Shown here piece by piece: positions 20,893-32,000 of a stretch of DNA of 32,000 bases (positions are counted from its first letter, which is position 1; each line of letters opens with the position of its first letter). The notes beneath the pieces were generated by a model. That model did no database searches and was not told where the DNA came from. It saw only the letters and a list, made by a program, of their open reading frames with translations. Origin of the DNA: Wallemia ichthyophaga EXF-994 (taxonomy: Eukaryota > Fungi > Basidiomycota). The stretch lies in assembly GCF_000400465.1 (NCBI RefSeq), contig NW_008806295.1:60001-92000 (forward strand). The letters are read 5' to 3'. The translations under genes and the position numbers were made by a program.

Positions 20893-21597
20893 ATGGCCAC
20901 ATACATCCCTGCAGACGTTCAGACACCCATCGACAAGCACTGGATGCGGCTGGCCTTGCAGATGGCCCAGGAGGCTTACGACGCTTCCGAGATCCCCGTC
21001 GGCTGTGTCTTCGTCGAGCAGACGGAGCCAGCGACGGCGTTGCACACACAGACGCAAGGCTATGGCCGCATGATAGCCAAGTCGCGCAATCGCACAAACG
21101 AGCTGCGTAACGCAACGCTGCACGCTGAGCTAGAAGCGATAGGACAAATCCTGCGCACCTCCGACGATCACAGCCTTCTCCACAGGACGACGCTCTACGT
21201 TACCATCGAGCCGTGTATTATGTGCGCTTCTGCTCTCAGGCAGGTCGGTATCAATCACGTCGTCTACGGCGCTGGAAACGAGCGTTTCGGTGGCTGTGGC
21301 TCTGTCGTGCCGATCAACGACGAACCCTTGCTTAAATACCAAAAAGCATATACTGCACTCGGTGGCGTGTTCAGAGACGAGGCTATCATGCTCCTTAGAC
21401 GGTTCTACATGACTGAAAATTCTAACGCTCCTCAACCTCGCAAGAAACAGACTAGAATACTTAAAACTGAAATTCCACCCGTTCCACCGACTAGCAGGAT
21501 GCATACGCCTAATGGCAGCGTCGTGCCCAGTCCGTCTAACACACCCACTCCGTCACCTGTACCTGTTTCCTTCACACCTACATTGGAGAATGTATGA
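20893..21597 (+). CDS. TAD2: tRNA-specific adenosine-34 deaminase catalytic subunit Tad2/ADAT2
   Basis: EIPVGCVFV, TLHAELEAI, LYVTIEPCIMCASAL and YGAGNERFGGCGSV are present, with LLRRFYMTENSNAP near the end. Confidence 0.92.
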   Translation: MATYIPADVQTPIDKHWMRLALQMAQEAYDASEIPVGCVFVEQTEPATALHTQTQGYGRMIAKSRNRTNELRNATLHAELEAIGQILRTSDDHSLLHRTTLYVTIEPCIMCASALRQVGINHVVYGAGNERFGGCGSVVPINDEPLLKYQKAYTALGGVFRDEAIMLLRRFYMTENSNAPQPRKKQTRILKTEIPPVPPTSRMHTPNGSVVPSPSNTPTPSPVPVSFTPTLENV

Positions 21598-21674
21598 TTT
21601 GTCGTGTGTGTTGTGTTCCTCTCTTCCCGTTTAATGCATTTTATTCATCTTGTTGTTACACTAGCTCATCGCTG

Positions 21675-22801
21675 CTATAGTTGTACGCCGTTAGATTGTT
21701 GCAGCGTTTCAAAGAATATTGGTATGACTAGCTGCTCAACATTCAATCCCTCTTCATCTTCTATCTCTGTTATCATGTGCTCAGTGTAGTAAACACGTTG
21801 CAACAATACTACACCCTCCTCCACGCTGTGCACCTTGGCAATCATCATTTCCAACTCAGGTACATTTTTGCTATTGAGTTGGAGTTCCTGGGGAGATGTG
21901 AGGTGTGAGTAATGTGAGTGGTAATATAGCTCACTTTATACGCCACGAACGATCCAACTGGAGGTATTTCTGTTAGTGTCTCACCGTGATGCATTTTTTC
22001 ACTAGCTACTGATTTGAAATGTTCAACAGCGAGCAGATGGGATGGTGATAGAGATAAGATAGCACTTGTTGCTGGTTGATTGGATCTGCAGTTGAGTATC
22101 TCTTGGAGGTCATCAATTCTATAACCACTTGTAGTTGCAGTAGTTGAGTCCATGTATGACTGTTCGGCATCAGCATGGTAGTCCTGGTACTCATCTTGTT
22201 GATCATGATGGCCATAATCCATCTCTTGCTCCTCCTGCTCCTCCTGCTCGCCTCGATCCCCACGCCAATCGACGTGCATTGTGTTATTTCCAGGCTCGAA
22301 ATTCTTGTCTTCAACGTCAATTGAAGTGAGTTTGATGTTCTTGGGTATCCTGTTTGTTGGTAGGGAGGTGTATGGAATGGCTCTGTTATTTTCTAGCTTG
22401 AAAAATTTCAGCTTTTTCTTATTTCTCGCGTTTCTTTTGTGAGTATGGGTAGAGCCAGAGTGAGGTGGGGTAGGATGGGTGAATTCAGGGTGACTTGTAT
22501 GTTTTTTGGCTTCTTTAGGGGTTTCCTCACTGGTGCTGCTAGACTCAGACTCAGACTGAGAAGACAACTGTGAATCACCATCAGAGACCTTTCTACGTCT
22601 CTTATTAGATAATGCAACAACATCGACAATATCATCATCCTTCAAACTTCCCTGAGTAACTTTAAAGCCATCGAGATAGAGGGAAATGGACCAATCAATA
22701 TCAAAGAACTCGCACAGAAATTCCTTTACATAGTTGAGATTGTCTGAAGTGAAATTTATCAAATATTTCTCATTTTTGTATTTAACTTTAAGACGGAGCA
22801 T
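21675..22801 (-). CDS. Coilin-like protein (N-terminal ubiquitin-like domain, acidic/basic linker, C-terminal Tudor-like domain); intron 21888..21934
   Basis: N-terminus MLRLKVKY...SLYLDGFKV...LKDDDIVDV. After splicing, IPPVGSFVAYK/ELQLNSKNVPELE resembles the coilin Tudor motif P.VG..IAFK.LEL...Y.PE. The call is from recall only. Confidence 0.55.
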
Positions 22802-22856
22802 TTGATATATTTGATAAGTGTGGTGGGTGTCGTACAAAGCTATAGCTGGTTGAGAC

Positions 22857-23207
22857 CTAGACAGACTTGATATAATTTGAAGGAACCAAACCAATTCTGC
22901 CATTCAAGTTGCAGTTCCACCAATCCCCACTGGGTTTATCAATCACTGACATTCTATCACCACATCTGAAGGTTAAATCTTCACCTGTGGTCTGCTAATA
23001 GTGAGTTGAAATGCCCATCAAATCAAACCATCTCACCCCATTATAATCATATAGCCCTACAACCTGTTCTTGCTTTGGCTGGTGCGATACTCCAGGTTTT
23101 GGCTTTGGCTTTTGTCCGCTAAACAACCCAGGTCTGCTCTCAAAATACTCATCCAACAGCTCAAAGAATGCCTCCTTATCCTCTTGTGAAAAATTAGCAA
23201 AAACCAT
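22857..23207 (-). CDS. Small (~102 aa) SH3-domain protein; intron 22995..23036
   Basis: After splicing: VVGLYDYNG/QTTGEDLTFRCGDRMSVIDKPSGDWWNCNLNGRIGLVPSNYI, which has the canonical SH3 ALYDY, WW and PSNY motifs. The N-terminal helix is DKEAFFELLDEYFESRP. Confidence 0.85.
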
Positions 23208-23255
23208 TGCAATTTGAACGTTGAGTGCAACGTCCATCATCTAATAAACTCAGAG

Positions 23256-25863
23256 ATGGCAAAGGGGTGTGTGGGGACTAAGAGATGGCTATCCACGAAC
23301 ACTCACACTGCACAGTTACGGTTTAGACGATGACAGCGATGAAGATATCGTGCAATTTGACCAAGTTTATCAAGATCATATCGACGGTGATGCCGATGCC
23401 CCACCAACTCTATCTCTATCTCTAGATGGCCATGGTGATGACCACGGCAACGTCCACAGTGATGACGAGGTTATGCTCGACGACGACGACGACGACTACA
23501 ATCATCTTCACAACGACTCGTCTTTCGCGTTTGAAAACACGTTCGACGGTCGTGATAGACCTCATTCAGATAAATTCCCTGCCACTCTCGGTTTACAGCC
23601 TCAGAGAGTACATGTTATGCAGACTTCTTTCTTCCACAACGACGACGACAACGATGTGGGCGACGTCGATACTAAGCGCGGTATTGCCCCGCCCAAGCAA
23701 CACCTCCCAAAGCTGGTACACAACACGCAACACGCAAATCATACAGAGCATGACACACAAAACTCAGATATACAACCTACACCATCTCAATCACCCTTCA
23801 GACCTCCAATTCTGCGTAAATTCAAACACACTGACACCATTTTCCCCAATAATGCCATTTTTCATGATGAAAACTTAGCCCTAGGGAGGTCATTTAGAGT
23901 TGGATTTGATAATTTTGATCAGTTCACTCATATATCCTCTGTATCACCCACTGCAGTCTCATTCAGCAGCTTCTCGAGCCCCACAAGTAGCATTCAGAGT
24001 ATAGAAAAGTCACTCGCACTGCAATTGAAACACACCACCATCACTTTCGATGAGGGTGCTGAGATACCAGCTGCAACAACCAGCCACACGCTCAGATTCG
24101 CTAGCTTTGTCGATACGTTCAACCTCGATGACTTATCCCACGAACCGTCGTATTGGCGACTAGGAAGGGCGTTATTCGACGAGATAGATGTGCGTCTCCC
24201 CGACGACGCTCCCGATACCCTCCGAAACAGAGTGATGGCGGTCCGTCGAAAGGAGGCACTCTCGCAATGGCTACAGAGCACCTTATCCCAAGTGGTGGAA
24301 TCGGAAATGAAACATACTGATGCTGAACCAATTGCACGTATATTCACTCTTCTCAGTGGACACCAAATCGCTCGCGCCGCCCATCTCGCAGCAAGCAACG
24401 GTGACTACAAACTAGCTACCCTAATAACGCAGACACCTGGCGATGCGCAATACAGACACGACCTCACAACGCAGCTACAAAGATGGAAAGAATGCAAAGC
24501 TGATGCGCAAATAGACGGGGGTTACCGCAAGGTGTACGGGTTATTAGCGGGTGTAGTGAATAATCTCGACGGCAATAGTAGCTTCGACGCAGCTGACAAA
24601 GCGGAAGAAATTAATGTATCTGAGGACTTAGATTGGCTGAGATGTTTCGGGCTGAGGCTGTGGTACGCGACGCTTGACGAGGAGGGAGTGAACGAGGCTG
24701 TGAGTGCGTACGACACAGCACATAGCGATGAGGATGGTCGATTCGTACCTACTGCTGCTCCGCCTATCGCGCCTCACTTCCATGTCCACTCCCACTCTAC
24801 CAGCAAACAAGAACCCATCGACGCTCTCTATTCTCTCCTAAAACTATTCATCGACCCCGCGTACACACTCGAAAAAGCCCTCGAGCCTATAGGATTCACC
24901 AGCTCGAAAATGGACTGGCGCGTTAGCTGGCATGTCTACACTATCCTCTCGCGCGTCCTGCGCGTGCGAGATTTCGGCCGTTTTGCCGTGGGGCTGGAGG
25001 AAGAGGAAGGAGTAACGAGCGAGGAGCATTCAGAGGAAGAAAAGGTAGTCCAAGGACATTCGCAGAAGGCCGATGGACTCACAGTGAGCTACGCCGCGCA
25101 AGTTGAGCAGATGGGGCTAGCCGCGTGGAGTGTGTTCATACTACTACACATCGAGCTCGACGAGATGCGAGAGTGGTCCGTGAAGGAGAGTCTAACGCGC
25201 AATGTAGCAGGATACACAGCGGCTGACGAGGCATTCCTCACTGAAACCCTCCTTGTACCCGCCACCTGGCTGTTTAGGGCGAAAGCGACGCATGCGCAGT
25301 ACAAAGGCGACAGATACGCGCAGTACAAGCTGCTGCTAGCGGCGGAGATGCACAGCGAGGCACACGCGGTGGCGGTGGACGTGCTCGCTCCAGAGGCTAT
25401 TATACGCGACGACCTCGCTCTTCTCAGACGCCTGCTCGAGCCACTGGTCACCGAATCCGTCGATGGCTGGGCTAGCAGGGGCAAGTTACTGTGGGAGTAT
25501 GTGGACGTCGTTGAGAAGGTCCCGCAGATGGTCCTCGGCGGGGCTAGAGAGACGGCTGATGCGGCTGAACGGACACACCTTCGCGACATGTATCGCAGAC
25601 TGCCGATACTGATCAAGTCGTTAGGTGGCGTGTGGAAGGGAGACAGCGTGCAGTATCAGATAACGCTTTGTGAAATGACAGAGAGGCTGCTCAATATGGA
25701 GAGAGTACTGCGCGGATACATGAGCACACCGCGCGAATCGCAGAGTGACGTCATGGACCCATTCTACTCGTCCACCTCCACACACCTCCTCCTCACTGAA
25801 GGCGCCAGGCTCGGTTTGCTGGAGAATGAGTCGTATAGCGTATTGAAGACGTCATTAATGTAA
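23256..25863 (+). CDS. NUP96: Nucleoporin Nup96 (Nup145C), apparently without the Nup98 moiety; intron 23267..23315
   Basis: The spliced start is MAKG/YGLDDDSDED. Nup96 motifs LQPQRVHVMQTSFF, LALGRSFRVGF, GDYKLATLITQ, LDWLRCFGLRLWY and LAAWSVFILLH are present. Confidence 0.88.
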
Positions 25864-25914
25864 TCTGTGATGTAATCGACTATTTATTCATTCCTCCTTC
25901 TCGACGACGATGAA

Positions 25915-27231
25915 ATGGGCGTTAAAGATCTAACGGCGGTGATAAAGAGGTTTTGGTGGGTGGATGTGGCCGTAGAGCTGGAGATACACAGCTAACACCT
26001 CGTACAGCCCGGACGTTATAACGAATCTCAGCGGGCGGTGGTGGGCGATCCGCGGTGCTACTGTTGCCATGTGGGGGTGGTTAGACGCGTACACACCGAG
26101 TGAGCACTGACAGCCCACAGCGACACGACGTTGCTCACACAGCGCTACTACTACGGACGGGTGCCGCATCTAGAAGCCCTTGCGCGGCTGGTGCACGACG
26201 CAAACGCCGCCAACGTCCGCCTGATAGGCGTGTTCGACGGTGACGGCCGTCTCGATCAGAAGGGGCGGGAGAGGGAGCGACGTGAGCGCACACGCGCCGT
26301 CCACCGCTCCCGTCTGGCTGGCGAGGAGGCGAGGCTCCACCGGCTCGTGGGTTTCGAAGCGGCTTTCAAAGCGGCAGTGGAAAGCAAGGACTATACGCGC
26401 GTCTGCGGTTATGTGGATAGCGTGGTTATACCCCGCTCGCCCGCCCAGGCACAGCAGCTGCGCGACTTGGAGGAGCGGCGGGTGTATGGGAGTGTGCAGA
26501 GCCACAGAGAGGCAGAGGCATACACACAAACACACCTCAACCACCTCAAGAACTCTACTAACTCGGCTATCACCCGCTACAGCAAGCGTCCACCGAATAG
26601 CGCCGTGTATAGCCGCGTTAAAGACCTCCTCGGGGCTGCTGGTGTTCCTGTAATCACCGTCGACCAATCGCCAAAGCAACTGCACGAGGGGGAAGCACTG
26701 GCTAGTGCACTTGTCTTGCGTGGTTTGGCAGATTACGTGCTTAGTGAGGACACTGATGTGCTCATTTACGGTGCAAAGTTGATTCGCGATGGCGGTGAAG
26801 GCGGTATTGCTAGAGTGTTTGATGGTACTCAACTACACCACGCACTTCACCTCACCCACACGCAACTTATAGACTTTGCACTCCTCGCTGGCACAGATTT
26901 CGCCCTAACCGTTCCTTCTGTTGGACCAATTCGGGCATTAGACTACATTAGGAAGTTTGGCAGTGTCGAAGAGGTACTTATCCAGAATACACCACTCAAG
27001 CAGCTCATCGTGGATAAACACGCACTCAGCATTGATGCCTTCTTGGGTGAATTGAGACAGGCTAGGAAGGTGTACGAGACTTTACCATCGACGCCCCACT
27101 CGATACAGTTTGGTGTGTATAACCAAGATGCTGTTAACAGTATTCTCCACCAAGACAAGATTGAAAGAGGAACCAAGTCTTGGGGAGAAGACGACCATCA
27201 CTACAAACACCTTAAAGAATGGGGAATGTAA
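25915..27231 (+). CDS. FEN1/XPG (Rad2) family 5' nuclease-like protein (PIN plus H3TH); introns 25956..26007 and 26071..26120
   Basis: The spliced N-terminus is MGVKDLTAVIKRFC...TVAI/DTTLLTQR. Motifs GVFDG, EGEALAS, VLSEDTDVLIYG, FALLAGTDF and SVGPIRALDYIRKFGSVE follow. Confidence 0.8.
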
Positions 27232-27305
27232 TTTATATGTACTTATGTATACTGCTTTTGATTTTATCTACCAGTGTATAGAGAGGAAGGTGAGAGGGAG
27301 AGTGC

Positions 27306-28455
27306 TTACGACTTGTAGAGAACTCTCTTTGCAACGCGGTGAACAACCTCACCATTAGGGAAAGCGAGAGTTTCCAAGTTTTGTGCGTAAGGAGTTGGGA
27401 TATCAGCGCCGGTGACTCTGATTGGTGGAGCGTCAAGGTAGTCGAATGCGGAAGATTCCATAACTTGAGCGCAGATTTCAGAACCGACACCGAACTTTGG
27501 GAAACCACCCTCGACGGTGACCAGTCTGTTAGTCTTCTTGACGGAGCTAATCACAGTGTCGATATCGAGAGGTCTGATAGAGCGAAGGTTGACAACTTCA
27601 GCCTCAACACCCTCTTGCTCCTTAAGGGTTTGTGCGGCGTCGAGGGCGTGGTGGACACCCAAGCTGTGGGCGACAAAAGTAATATCCTTGCCTTCTCTTT
27701 CAACCTTTGCCTTGCCGATTGGGAGGTAGAAGTCATCCTTCATAGCCTCCTCGGACATAGGGAAACTGAGACCATAAAGAACTTCATTCTCGAGGAAACA
27801 AATTGGGTTAGGATCTCTAATAGCCGACTTGAGAAGACCTTTACAGTCTTCTGAAGAGTAAGGAGAGAGAACCTTGAGACCGGGGACAGAGCCATACCAA
27901 GCGGCGTAGTCTTGCGAGTGCTGGGCAGCGACACCCAAAGCAGCGCCGTTTGGACCTCTGAAAGTGACAGGGCAAGGTACATTACCACCGCTCATGTAGT
28001 AAGTTTTACCTGCGCTGTTTATGATTTGGTCCATTGCTTGCATGGCAAAGTTCCAAGTCATGAACTCGCAAACAGGTCTCAAACCAGCCAAACCAGCGCC
28101 GACAGCCAAACCAGCAAAGCCAGCCTCGGTGATTGGGGTGTCTATGACCCTCTTTTCACCGAATTTGTCGAGAAGACCTTTGGTGACTTTGTAAGCGCCG
28201 TTGTACTGAGCCACTTCCTCGCCCATAACATAGACGGTCTCGTCTTTAAGCATTTCTTCTTCCATTGCCGCGTTAAGGGCTTCTCTGACTTGCATCTGGG
28301 GTTTGTTAGGGATTTCTAAGTCGTGCGTTCAAACACCCCACCATAACAGGTCCATTATCAGATGCGTATCTGCGTGGCGTAACTGAGATTGAACTTCTAA
28401 GATTATTAACCCTTCCAGCTCCTCTAACTGCACTTCTGAATATTCCCAAGGACAT
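27306..28455 (-). CDS. PDB1: Pyruvate dehydrogenase E1 beta subunit, mitochondrial; intron ~28296..28341
   Basis: Presequence [15 protein letters not shown]..., then [41 protein letters not shown] and FRGPNGAA. Confidence 0.96.
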
Positions 28456-28729
28456 GGTGGTGAAAGTATGAGAATTATAACAAATAAAAATATTTATTTT
28501 CTTTGGTTTTTTTGGATTTGTGTTTATAGCCACTCAAGGTATACGCCCCGTGGCTCACAATCCACCGATATTTCACCGACAATACCGACAACACCGAGTT
28601 GTAGTGAGGTGCTTCAATTATTCAACCCTATCATCTTATTACATCTCTTATATGTCCGTCTATCGGAGTTTTCTTTGCCTTTTAAATATAATTCAATCGA
28701 GCCAATTTTCAGCTTGAACTGATACAATT

Positions 28730-29908
<1,179 letters not shown>

Positions 29909-30143
29909 ATGTCTTGTACGTTGATTTATGACTTTGTTATGATGCAACTGTCAATTAGCTTAAATCCACCTCTTAACTGTAATGAGTACTACAACAGTCA
30001 CCCTTTTGTGCAAAATTTCACCAATTAGACACGTCACAGCCATCACAGCAAATCATCAAGTTCAATTCGATAACGTGGGTTATTCATATAAATCATATTT
30101 CAAGATAATTGTTTCTTCGCATCACCCTCCGCAAGTTTTCAAG

Positions 30144-31739
30144 CTAAGCTGCCTCGACTAAGACACCGCCGTTTTGAGCGACTTGTGCCTGCTTCTTAAT
30201 CATCTCAGCCTGCTTAGCGTTACCGTCGACCTTTTCCTCATCGTCGAGCTCCCAAGACAAATACTCGTTCGTGTAGTTAGGTTGGAGTTCCTCGGGGAAG
30301 ATACCGAGACGTTGAGAGTATCCAGTAACCTTTCTCCAGTCACGGTCGACGTTAGCCAGGTCCGAGCGCATATAATTGAATGATCTGGCGAATTGGAGAG
30401 ATGCAAGGGTACTTCTCATAGCGGGCTGGGGTGGGTGTGAGGAATAGCCTTGCAATATACCTTTAATAAAAACCCACCTTCAACTCTTGGAAGAGTTCCC
30501 AAGTGCCCTTTGGATCGCGAATGAGATCGTCGGCAGCTCTCTTGACAGCTTTCATAAAGCCACGAGCTTCGTTGGGGTGTGCTTCAAGCCATGCTGGTGG
30601 GTGGGGTGAGCATCGCGCAAGCAGAACCCGCGCTCAATCAACTAACCTTCATTACCAATGTAGAGGATTGAACAGAAGCAGCAGCATCCCAGTTCGGCAA
30701 GTTGGTCAATACTGTTTGTCATCGTGTTATCAACTTGGTCAGCCCGAACAAGTGTACCACGCATACCGCAGCATCTGCACATCCGTCGCAGGACGATTGA
30801 CAGATTTACACCACTCCTCGAGCTACAAAGCGTTTCTGTTAGTATATGAAAAAAAGCAGTTAGTATAACGTTATCGATGGAATATAACGGGGTTATAAGG
30901 ACTTGTTGCCATGAAGGCATCCCTTCGCATGCATGACCATGGACAGGTTCGGACCGTATTATCTCAGCAGCTGGCTGACGGATGGGTGTGCAAGTTACAC
31001 TCAGCCATCTATCTCCAGCTGCACCGGCAGCTCCATTGCAACAAGCTCCCGTTAGGAGATGTGCGTACCTTTTTGTGTACCGTGTACTGTGTACCGTGTA
31101 CCATCGATATCAAGACACCATTACAGAGCCCCAGTCATATTCCAGTCGATGTTCGCAGATAAAAAGACAATAAAGAGTGGAACCCTTATCTCACCTCTAC
31201 TTGTTGCATGTTCTCGAGACCGATACCAGCATGAATCTTGCCATCGATGAGTGCCTGGAGTTGCTTAAGTGGAAATGTCTCACTGCGGATACTCTACCCA
31301 CCTTGGAGATATTCATTCCACATCTAACAGCCTCGTACTCATCATCGCGCATGCCATGTGCTTGGGCAAGCTCAGCTACTTGAACCTTACCAAATTCGCC
31401 GACGTAGCCAATCTTCTTGCCCTTAAGCGAGGTAAAGTCATTTGTGACGCCATTGCCTTTGAGGTAGAGCAGACCTGTGAAGGGCTCGTCCATGAGTGTA
31501 CCAATGGATTTGATCGGGTAGCCGCGGGCTTTACCAGCAAGCGTGTGGATCATAGCCTTCAATCCGAGGTCTGCCTTGCCCGAGCCAACTATCTCGGTGA
31601 CGTCGGAAACATCCTCGGGGTGGATCGTCGCCACGCGAAGGTTTTCGTCTTTGAAGTAGCCCTTGTACTTTGCCACGATTAGCGGGACGTGGTACGCGGT
31701 GAGCTCCCAGTTTGTGCAGCAAACGATATCAATTGACAT
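30144..31739 (-). CDS. THI5: HMP-P synthase (Thi5/Nmt1), six exons; introns 31255..31301, 30823..31194, 30712..30766, 30594..30646, 30426..30477
   Basis: [15 protein letters not shown] (PLP-binding Lys and substrate His), [31 protein letters not shown] and [12 protein letters not shown]...NYTNEYLSW. All hand-spliced junctions keep frame. Confidence 0.95.
30902..31045 (-). promoter_or_regulatory. TPP riboswitch aptamer within THI5 intron 2
   Basis: Minus strand: P1 CUUGUUGC-A-AUGGAG / CUUCAU-G-GCAACAAG; P2 GCCG/CGGU; perfect 8-bp P3 GCAGCUGG/CCAGCUGC; J3/2 CUGAGA-UAAUA; P4 CCU/AGG after GAA; P5 CAUG-GUCAUG-CAUG followed by CGAAGGGA. This is the canonical TPP aptamer architecture. Confidence 0.92.
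31074..31101. repeat. 7-bp tandem repeat (YGTGTAC x4) in THI5 intron 2
   Basis: tgtgtac cgtgtac tgtgtac cgtgtac read directly. Confidence 0.9.
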
Positions 31740-31804
31740 TCTTGTGAGTTGTATGAATGATAGTGTTAGACAAGCTGTTGGCCGATTTCTTAAATTTAAT
31801 TCAA

Positions 31805-31818
31805 TGACTCAATGACTC
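31805..31818. promoter_or_regulatory. Tandem Gcn4/CpcA (AP-1-like) motifs upstream of THI5
   Basis: TGACTCA at 31805..31811 and TGACTC at 31813..31818, ~65-80 bp upstream of ATG 31739. Short motifs, could be chance. Confidence 0.3.
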
Positions 31819-32000
31819 GATCACTCTACGTCATATCTGGCATGACGTGATGCTAGGGCGACACCAGGGTAGCGTGGATATTCCGGAATCTATCCATTTA
31901 CAGTCTAGCCTTATTACCCCATCCACAGCCCAATTCTTCTTACAGCTGCAACAGGATGAAAAATCATAATCAATGTTTTAATAGTACAAGAGATCCGTAA

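Noticed and set aside
17650-21500. Visibly GC-richer block as possible horizontal transfer or mobile element
   Set aside because: It contains ordinary eukaryotic housekeeping genes (MED10, GPI18, TAD2) with host-type introns. There are no transposase, LTR or TIR signatures.
30911-31250. Short plus-strand ORFs over the THI5 long intron
   Set aside because: The region is better explained by the minus-strand TPP aptamer and splice signals.

Overview
This is a eukaryotic (fungal) genomic window with no rRNA, tRNA, CRISPR or mobile element that I can see. It has about 21 tightly packed protein-coding genes, introns of mostly 42-59 nt, and intergenic gaps as small as 15-60 bp. That architecture suggests a compact basidiomycete genome (Wallemia-like is my inference, not verified). 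I rebuilt gene models by hand by splicing the ORF track: kinesin-3 C-terminus (partial), a secreted Kex2-site repeat-peptide precursor, Icp55, an IucB/SidL-type acyltransferase, a Ca-binding mitochondrial carrier, TAF4, a CipC-like unknown, two class-III ADH paralogs, a secreted/anchored unknown, Duo1, Snu13, Sec22, Mpo1, Med10, an Arb1-like protein, GPI18/PIG-V, Tad2, a coilin-like protein, a mini SH3 protein, Nup96, a FEN1/XPG-family nuclease, PDB1 and THI5/NMT1. Highlights: (1) a ~655-aa secreted precursor with ~17 KR-delimited amphipathic 'LIDIDALINILSN' peptides with His-rich tails, broken by two mutually compensating frameshifts; (2) a complete TPP riboswitch aptamer in a 372-nt mid-CDS intron of THI5, next to a candidate alternative 5' splice site that would add a premature stop; (3) Nup96 apparently encoded on its own, starting at the normal autoproteolysis junction; (4) a duplicated class-III ADH that has lost glutathione-adduct-binding residues; (5) head-to-head genes with start codons only 15 bp apart. 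All family assignments come from remembered motifs, not database searches.
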